A stretch of DNA of 64,000 bases from the human T2T-CHM13v2.0 reference genome, Homo sapiens. Shown here one piece after another: positions 55,560 to 64,000 of the stretch (its first letter is position 1; each line of letters begins with the position of its first letter). Below the pieces are notes generated by a model. That model made no database searches. It saw nothing but the letters and a program-made list of their open reading frames with translations, and was not told where the DNA came from. The stretch lies in the NCBI RefSeq assembly GCF_009914755.1, contig NC_060926.1. The stretch is one strand, 5' to 3'. The position numbers were made by a program, and so were the translations under genes.

Positions 55560-57011
55560 TATGCTAATAACATAAGCATTAAATCTGTTTTATACTAGAT
55601 AATTATATAAATTAATATTTTAACAGTTTTTCTATGATTTCAGGTTTGTTAGTTTTTCTCAAATATTTCCTTTAATTCTAGTGTTAAAAGTTTCTGTTCT
55701 TAATTTGGCAAGCTCGCTTTTGTAAGTTCCTATATTTAGCCTGACACTGATTACAGTATCTTCTTCTGAGTTGGGATTAGAATCAGACAGCCCTATGGGA
55801 AGGCATTATATAATATTATAGTCCTACGGGGAAACCTAGAGTTAGAAATAAAAAATTCCTATCATTACATTCGTTACTCTGCTCTTAGCTGGGTTCTGTG
55901 AAAGAAGAAAGAGAAGACTTTGCTTACTTTTCGAAGACTAAAGGAATTTCAGGAGAGCCTAAATTTGGATATGAAAGGGGTAGATACAAACTAATATATA
56001 AAATACAAACTAAAAGTTACAAGATTATTCTTATATTTTTCATTTAGTTTGATTTGGTCTGCATTTAAAGAATTAAATCATGACTTTTAATATCATCTTT
56101 AAAGTCATAGAAAAAAATGTATGCATATAAAATATATTCCTAAATACATATTTATATATGTGTATATTGTATACATATATAAGTTATCAAGGAAGAAACA
56201 AGGTGTCAGCTCAGAGAAGCTGTTTCTTAAAGCAATTTTTCTTCACATGCTATTGCTCAAAGGATGGAACTAAGAGGAATATAAATATAAGTTATGCTTG
56301 AAAAACTGCTTTGGCTAAAACCCTGAATTCTTTTTAACTGATGAGGGAGAAATGGGATTACAGTAGATATTTCCAATCTAGTTTTTTAAAAATAGTGTTA
56401 ACGTCTGCCTATTAAAGCAGATTATTATTTATAACCGAAACCTGTTGATATTTTTGTTGGACATTGAATTGAAAATTCACGGACAAGCCATTCCTTCCAG
56501 TTGTCTGAAAAGCAAATGGAAATAAATTGGTGTGAAGAGTTTTAGGCAGGAAAGAGAGCTCTGCTTGCTTGATCCCTTTCAATATGGCATATATAGAAAA
56601 AAATTGTGACATTATTTCTAAATTGGAAATTTTGATCAGATTATACCCAAGCGTCTGCATTTTAAAGAAGTATTTATATAGAGAAAATACTGGCAGGGTT
56701 TTTAAACTATTATATATATTTTAATGAAGTATATAATGAACTATTAAATTTGAAGCCCCATTTTAAGTGATATGTATGACTCCCAGGTAGTAGTGATAGA
56801 GGTGGGGGAAAACATATCATTAGAAAATGACTGAATGATTGGGGACAGTTTCACTTGGAGAAAATAAATCTAAGAATGATGTAAAGTAGACTTATTCTGT
56901 TTTACCCTCCTGGTTATATATCTCCTAATTGCCACTTCAGACCCACTCTCCACATTTCTAGACCCGAGGGCTTACAACTCCTAATTTTCTATACCCTGTA
57001 ATTTCTAGCCC

Positions 57012-57190
57012 AAGGATCAGCAAACTTTTTCTATAAAAGTCCAGAGAGCAAATATTTGGACTTTTTAGGCCATACAATATCCATTGCAAATGTTCAACTC
57101 AGCCATTGTAGTACAAAATCAGTTATAAGAAAACTTTATATATAAAAATAGGCTGTGGATGTGTTCTAGATTCCAGGCTATAGTTTCCTG
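57012..57190. mobile_element. MER58A-like hAT-Charlie MITE
   Basis: CAAGGATCAGCAAACTTTTTCTATAAAAGTCCAGA...TTCAACTCAGCCATTGTAG...GGCTATAGTTT. Confidence 0.8.
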
Positions 57191-57524
57191 TGGGCAAGTG
57201 AGTCTGGGGTCTGTATTTTATAGACTGCTAGTCTTGAGATACAAGAAGAGCTTAGAAGAATACGATTGTGTGAGGGTCGGGAGTAAATACCATCATAAAT
57301 GGTACAAATATAGTGCTCCCTTTTAAGTTGTAATTATTAGAACTATGAAAAGACTCAGTTATCCAAAAAAACTAAGAATCATTCTGCTGAATTATTTTTA
57401 TTAAAAATCCTCTAAAATATAAACTTATAAAATAGGAAAATAACACATTTTTTAAAAGTTGGTGATTTCACAAGAGAATCAATCTTAGATCAGAGAAATT
57501 TGATTTTAGCTGAGAACAATTAAT

Positions 57525-57915
57525 TATATGGGAGAGACTGCTCTGTGTTCAACAAAATCTGGTTGTTAATATTTCTAGGCACACAGTTAAACTCCATATT
57601 CCTGTTTCTCTTGTCTATGTAACCGAGTTCTATCCTATGGAATATAAATGGAGGTAATGTACATCAATTTCAGACATGCTCATTTAAAAATGCCATGTAA
57701 TTATCCACTTTTTTTTAACCTCCTAGCTGAATGGACAGGAGCCTGAGGTCCTAGCAAGCAGACTGCTCCAATATGAGAAATTGTTGTGTTAACCACCTGA
57801 GGTCCCTGACCACACACAGCTTCTCATTGACCAAAACACTGATAGGGACTTTATATAAATGAGCAATGAAGTTTTATTGGGTTAAGCCACTGAGACAGCT
57901 CTTTTTACTCTAATA
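57525..57915 (+). mobile_element. Old MaLR LTR (MLT1J-like)
   Basis: TTTCTAGGCACACAGTTAAACTCCATATTCC...AAGTTTTATTGGGTTAAGCCACTGAGA. Confidence 0.65.
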
Positions 57916-58709
57916 AATATTCACAGTTACTGAATTTTTAGGACTCAGTGAAGATAGTGATCAACACATTGGATGGTTTATAAAATTGTTTTTTAAAAAG
58001 TTAAAATTTTTTCCAGACCTCAGAAAAAAAAGAAAAAAAGAATAAAGGAAGAAGAGTAAGATCATAGAGAAAAGCACAAGAGAATTGGCAAACTAATATA
58101 CACATGATAAACATAAAGACAGAACCAAGATGGCCAACTATAATATTCAAAGATCCCTGGGCTAAAGGAAGACCAAGTTGCCAGTTCAAAATTTCTACCA
58201 AAAATCAGGCAAAAGTTTAAAAAGATTACTATACATTGAAGAGCATGGATTTTTCTAAGAAGAATTGTTTGAAAAAATTAGTTGTTTTTTAAGTCCACAA
58301 AAATCTGGGGAGAATTAAATTAGGTGGTCATCAAAGGAAAATAAATTAGGTGGTCATCAAAGTCAATATTAGCGTTCTCATCTAGAATACTGCATGCCAG
58401 AAGAAAATAGAGCATTTTCTGTAGGATACTTAAGCAAAATAGTTAAAACCCATGAAACTTCTGCCTGATCCAATTGTCAGAACAATGGAAAGATTTTCTC
58501 AAGTTTGGCATGACTCAGAAAACATACTTCTCAAAAGCCCACCAAGAAAATTATGCATAAAAAGTCAATCTAGCTAATTGGGAAAATGAAAAATATAAAT
58601 ATTCTAAGTATAGAAAGACATAATAGGCATGGCAATGAGCTTTATGAACAATAAAACTGTGTAATATGTAAACAATAGCTGTGGACACTATTATATCATA
58701 CAGTACAAC

Positions 58710-59178
58710 TGCAGAAACCATGGCAGAGCAAAAACTTGCTGTCTGAGAGCAAGGTTTGTAGTGAGCTGACAGCCTCCAGATAACAGTGCCTTCAAGATCT
58801 TTCTCAGCATTCAAGGGAAGGCCATACACTTCCTGGGCATACCTCAGCCAATGACCTAGCACAAGAGAAATACTGGGACTTGGCCATTTCTACCCAATGC
58901 AGGACTCTTTTAAAAGCAATCTTTGTTTGGGAGCTCCTGGTGGAGTTGGCTGAAATTTTGTGAGATCTGGATCACAGTCAGAGGCTCTCCTTGATCAATC
59001 TTCTTTCACTTTTCTTTTCTTTCTTCCTTCACCTTTCTTGTCCTAGTTGTCAGATATGCATTATGTTCTGGAGATTCTCTCTGCTTAATCTTATTTCCTT
59101 TCCTATTTATAGACAACCACCTCTCAATCTCTAACACTCATAAATTTATCTCAGTCTCAGTTTGAGGAATCAACTGAC
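58710..59178 (+). mobile_element. ERVL solo LTR (LTR16-like)
   Basis: GAGCTGACAGCCTCCAG...TCAGCCAATGAC...GGCCATTTCTACCCAATGCAGGACTC...AACTGACA. Confidence 0.7.
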
Positions 59179-59214
59179 AAAACAACAATTAAAAATAATT
59201 ATTTAAAGAAAATA

Positions 59215-60382
59215 TATTTAACTGGCATAAAATTGGCATACTGACCAATGGAACAGAATAGAGAACTAAACCCACACATATGTGGTCAACTGATCTTTGA
59301 CAAGAGTGCCAACAATACACATTGAGAAAGAAAATCCCCTTCAGCAAATACTGTTGGGAAAATTAGATATCCACATGCAGAAGAATAAAAGTGAACTTCT
59401 TTCTTATACCATATACAAAAATTAATGTAAAATAAATTACAGATTTTAACGTAAGATCTGCAACCATAAAACTTCTAGGATAAAACATAGGGGAAAGCGT
59501 CTTGGCATTGGTCTCAGCAGTGATTTCATGAATGTGACACCAAAAGCACGGGCGACCAAAACACAAATAGATAAGTGGGACTATATCAAACTAAAAAGCT
59601 TCTGTATAGCCAAGGAAATAATGAAAAGTGAAAAGTTAGCCTACAAAATGATATAAAATGTTTACAAGTCATATGTCTAATAAGAGCTTAATTTCCAAAA
59701 TACATAAGGAACTCCTAAAACTTAATAACAAAAAAGCAAATAACTTGATTTAAAAATGGGCAAAGAACTTGAATAAACAAGGTATATACATAGAATGGAA
59801 TACTATTTAACTTTAAAAAAGAAGGAAATCCTGTCATTTACAACAATATGGGTGGACCTGGAAGACATTAAGCTAAATGAAATGAGTCAGCTGCAGAAGG
59901 ACAAAAGCTTCATGATTCCTCTTATATGAGGCATCAAAAATAGTCAAATGCATGGAAGTAGACAATAGAATGGTGGTTCCCAGGAGATGAAGGAGGTGCA
60001 TTTGGGGAGTTGCTCAATGCATATAAAGTTATGACTTACACAAGATGAGTTAGTTCCAGTGATCTATTGTACAACATACTTCATAAAGTCAAAAATAAGA
60101 TATTGTGTATTTAAAATTTCAAGAGGGTAGATTTCAAGTTAAGTGTTCTTACAAAAAAAACCCACAAAGAGACATATTTATGGATATATTTATTTATATA
60201 TTATTTATATACATTTTATTATATATAATATATATTTATATTTATATGGGTATATTTATTACTTTCATTGTGATTATGGTAACATGAGTGTATATACATG
60301 TCCAAACTCACCAAATTGTATACATCAATTATTGTATTTTTTGTATACCAGTTATACCTCAATAAAGCTGGAAAAAATAAAG
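59215..60382 (+). mobile_element. L1MA (about L1MA8-10) 3' portion with an internal deletion
   Basis: GACCAATGGAACAGAATAGAGA...ATCAAACTAAAAAGCTTCTG; 3' end TTATACCTCAATAAAGCTGGAAAAAATAAA. Confidence 0.9.
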
Positions 60383-61796
60383 ATATTTTGAAGATACTGT
60401 ATAAAATTATTATTATTTTTAAATACCCAAATCTGAGGTTTGATTGAGGAGAGGGGAAAAATAAATGCAAACAAAAATCTCTTCCTTTTCATAGGTTATG
60501 GGAAGTAGAATGGATACTTTAATTTTCTTGATTATTTATGTATGGACATCAAAACATATTTCTAGGTAGTTGGACATGACAAGATGGCCGACTAGAAACA
60601 GCTGCAGTTGGAGGGTCCCCCCAAAAAGAACGAAAACGGTGAGTGAATTCTGCACCAGCAACTGAGGTATCCAGGTTTTCTCACTGGGACTGACTAGGCG
60701 GTTGGCGTTACCCACAGAAAGTGAGGAAAAGCAGGGTGGTGCAAGGGCCCACCTGGGAGCCACAGGGGGAAAGGGGAGCTCCCACCCCCAGCCAAGAGAG
60801 GTGGTCAGTGATTGTGCTACCCGACCCGGGAAACCACGCTTTTTCCACGGATCTGTGCAACAGCCGGATCAGGAGATCCCCCTAGTGAGCTCACGCCACC
60901 AGGGCCTTGGGTCCCAAGGACAGAGCTATGCAAACTCTCAGCAGCCATTTGGCCGGAGACTACCTAAAACTACCGAGTTCACTGCGGCTGCCTGCTGCCT
61001 AAGATGACTCAGCTCCTGGGGGGAGAGGCGCAGCCATCACTGCGGCTCCAGTCTGCCATTTTTTTCCCCTGCCAGTACGGTGGAGACTGGACAATTTCGA
61101 CCCAGGAGGAATTCCGCACAGTGGCTGTGGCAGATCGTGGCCAGACTGCCTTTTTAGGCCGGACCCTAACCCATGCCTCCTCACTGGGTGGGGTCTGCCT
61201 GCGGGAATTTCAGCAACTCCAGCAAGGGCTTTATGGATAGAACCCTGAATTATCTGGGACGAAGCCCGTAGGGGGAGGAGCAGCCAGTTTTTGCAGATCA
61301 GCCGACTTAGTCTTTCCCCGCTGCTGGCTCTGAGGAATCCAGGCAGTCTGGATGAGCGGAATTTCCCCCAGTGCAGTGCACCCTCTCCACCAATGGGCAG
61401 CCAGAGTGCTTCGTTAAGTGGGTCCTGGATCCCTTGTCTCCTGACTGGGTGAGACCCGCCCCCCATCAAAAGGGGTAGACAGACACCTTATACAGAAGTG
61501 TTCCCTTTGGCATCAGGTCAGTGCCACTCTGGGTCAGAGATCCAAGAGGAAGGAGCAGGCTGCCATCTTTGCTGTTCTGCAGCCTCCACTAGTAACACCT
61601 CTAGATGCAGAAGGGATAGGGTCTGAACTGGATCTCCAGCAAACCACAGCAGTCCTACGGAACAGGGTCCTGATTGTTAAACAAACAAACAGAAAGCAGC
61701 AGCAACAACAACAACAGCATCAACAAAATGTCCTCACAAGAGCCCCATCCAAAGGTCAGCAGCCTCAAAAATCTAAGCTAGGTAAACTCATGGAAG

Positions 61797-62840
61797 ATGA
61801 GAAAGAATCAATGAAAAAACACTGAAAACTCAAAAAGCCACAGCGCCTCTTCTCCTCCAAATGATCACAACACCTCTCCAGCGAGGGCACAGAACTGGGC
61901 AGAGGCTGAGATGGATGAATTCACAGAAGTAGGCTTCAGAAGCTGGGTAATAATGAACTTCATTGAACTACATGAGCATGTTCTAACCCAATGCAAAAAA
62001 GCTAAGAACCATGATAAAACATTACAGGAACTGTTAACCAAAATAGCCAGGTGAGAGAGGAACACAAATGACCTGATGGAGGTGAAAAACACAACCTGAG
62101 AACTTCACAATGCAACCGCAAGTATCAATAGCTGAATAGACCAAGTGGAGGAAAGAATTTCAGAGCTTGAAGACTATCTTGCTGAAATAAGACCGACAGA
62201 CAAGGTCAGAGAAAAAAATAATGAAAATAAATGAACAAAACCTCCAAGAACTATGGGATTATGTAAAAAGACTGAAGTTACGACTGATTGGGGTACCAGA
62301 AAGAGATGGAGAGAATGAAACCAAGTTGTAAAGCACACTTCAGGACATCATCCAGGAGAACTTCCCCAACCTAGCAAGACAGGCCAACATTCAAATTCAG
62401 GAAATCCAGAGAATCCCAGTAAGATACTCCACGGGAAGATCAACCCCAATCACATAATCATCAGATTCTCAAAGGTCAAAATGAAGGAAAAAAAAAATGT
62501 TAAGGCAGCCAGAGAGAAAGGACAGGTCACCTACAAAGAGAAGCTCATTAGACTAACAGCAGATCTCCCAGCAGAAACCCTACAAGCCAGAAGAAATTTG
62601 GGGCCAATATTTAACATTCTTAAAGAAAATAATTTCCAACCCAGAATTTTATATCTAGCCAAGCAAATTTCATATCTAGTTTCATAACCAAAGAAGAAAT
62701 AAAATCATTTTCAGACAAGCAAATGCTGAGGGAATTTTTCACCACCAGGCCCGCCTTGCAAGAGCTCCTGAATGAAGCACTAAATATGGAAAGGAAAAAA
62801 CTGGTACCAGCCAGCCACTGCAAAAACACACTGAAATACA
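61797..62840 (+). pseudogene. ORF1: L1 ORF1p remnant (multiple stops)
   Basis: KAAREKGQVTYKEKLIRLTADLPAETLQARRNLGPIFNILKENNFQPRILY. Confidence 0.9.
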
Positions 62841-62901
62841 AAGACCAATGACACTGTAAAGAAATTGCATCAACTAGTATGCAAAATAACCAATCAGCAT
62901 C

Positions 62902-64000
62902 ATGATAACAGGATCAAATTCACACATAACAATATTAACCTTAAATAAAAATGAGCTAAATGCACCAAGTAAAAGACAGAGACTGGCAGATTGGATAGAG
63001 TCAAAGCTCATCAGTGTGCTGTATTCAAGAGACCCATCTCATGTGCAAAGATACACATAGGCTCAAAATGAAGGGATAAAAGAAAATTTACCAAGCAAAT
63101 GGAAAGCAGAAAAAAACAGGAGCTGCTCTCCTTATTTCTGACAAAACAGACTTTAAACCAACAAAGATCAAAAAAGACAAAGAAGGGTATTACATAATGA
63201 TAAAGAGATCAATTCAACAAGAAGAGTTAACTATCCTAAATATAGTTAACCCAATACAGGAGCACCCAGATTCATGAAGCAAGTTGTTAGAGACCTACAC
63301 AGAGACTTAGACTCCCACACAATAATAGTGGGAGATTTTAATACCCCACTGTCAATACTCGACAGATCATTGAGACAGAAAATTAACAAGGATATTCAGG
63401 ACTGGAAATCAGCTCTGGAACAAGTGGATGTGACAGAAAATTTTTGCATTCTATCCATCTGACAAAGTTCTAATATCCAGAATCCATAAGGAATTTAAGC
63501 AAATTTACAAGAAAAAAATGAACAGCCCCATTAAAAAGTGGGCAAAGGACATGAACAGACACTTCTCGAAAGAAGACATTTATGTGGCAAACAAACATAT
63601 GAAAAAAAGCTCAACATCACTGGCCATTAGAGAAATGCAGATCAAAACCACAATGAGATACCATCTTAGACCAGTCAGAATGACGATTACAAAAAGTCAA
63701 GAAACAACAGATGCTGGTGAGGCTGCGGAGAAACAGAAACACTTTTACACTGTTGGTGGGAATGTAAATTAGTTCAACCATTGTGGAAGACAGTATAGTG
63801 ACTCCTCAAAGATCTATAGCCAGAAATACCATCTGACCCAGCAATCCCTTTACTGGGTATATACCCAAAGGAATATAAATTATTCTACTATAAAGATACA
63901 TGCACGTGTATGTTTACTGCAGCACTATTCACAAAAGCAAAGACAGGGAATCAACACAAATGCCCATCAATGATAGAATGGATAAAGAAAATGTGTTACA
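62902..64000 (+). pseudogene. ORF2: L1 ORF2p remnant: endonuclease N-terminal part joined to the C-terminus, RT domain absent
   Basis: MITGSNSH..., [17 protein letters not shown]..., then directly [19 protein letters not shown]. Confidence 0.9.

Larger units (their letters stand above)
60575..64000 (+). mobile_element. Older L1PA (about L1PA8-13/L1P3) with 5'UTR, ORF1 and an internally deleted ORF2; runs off the window end
   Basis: Starts ACAAGATGGCCGACTAGAAACAGC; ~1.2-kb GC-rich UTR, then ORF1 and ORF2 remnants. Confidence 0.96.

Noticed and set aside
58316-58362. 21-bp tandem duplicate TAAATTAGGTGGTCATCAAAG (a similar case at 18357-18400)
   Set aside because: Ordinary slippage micro-duplication.
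60170-60265. AT-only tract giving Ile/Tyr-rich ORFs
   Set aside because: Low-complexity expansion inside an L1MA 3'UTR.
60536-61469. ORFs up to 156 aa and a CpG-richer block suggesting a host gene promoter
   Set aside because: They lie wholly within the L1 5'UTR.

Overview
AT-rich, gene-poor primate (human-like) genomic DNA, probably intergenic or deep intronic. I can support no host protein-coding exon, RNA gene or CRISPR array. Much of the window is recognisable transposon-derived sequence. It contains one full-length inactivated L1PA (32156-38163, minus strand, with TSDs, disrupted ORF1/ORF2 and a nonsense-truncated ORF0) and an older L1PA with an internal deletion of about 2.6 kb (60575-end). 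It also holds two twin-primed (5'-inverted) L1 insertions, older L1M/HAL1/L2/MIR remnants, three Alus, MaLR/ERVL solo LTRs and Tigger/MER58 DNA-transposon fossils. Subfamily names were assigned from memory of consensus sequences, not by a search. I found no convincing new biological system. The signals most worth following up are structural: an unexplained ~250-bp inverted duplication (29.7/31.3 kb), a ~455-bp direct duplication fused to a tailless internal L1 fragment (51.6-53.3 kb), and several small template-switch scars.
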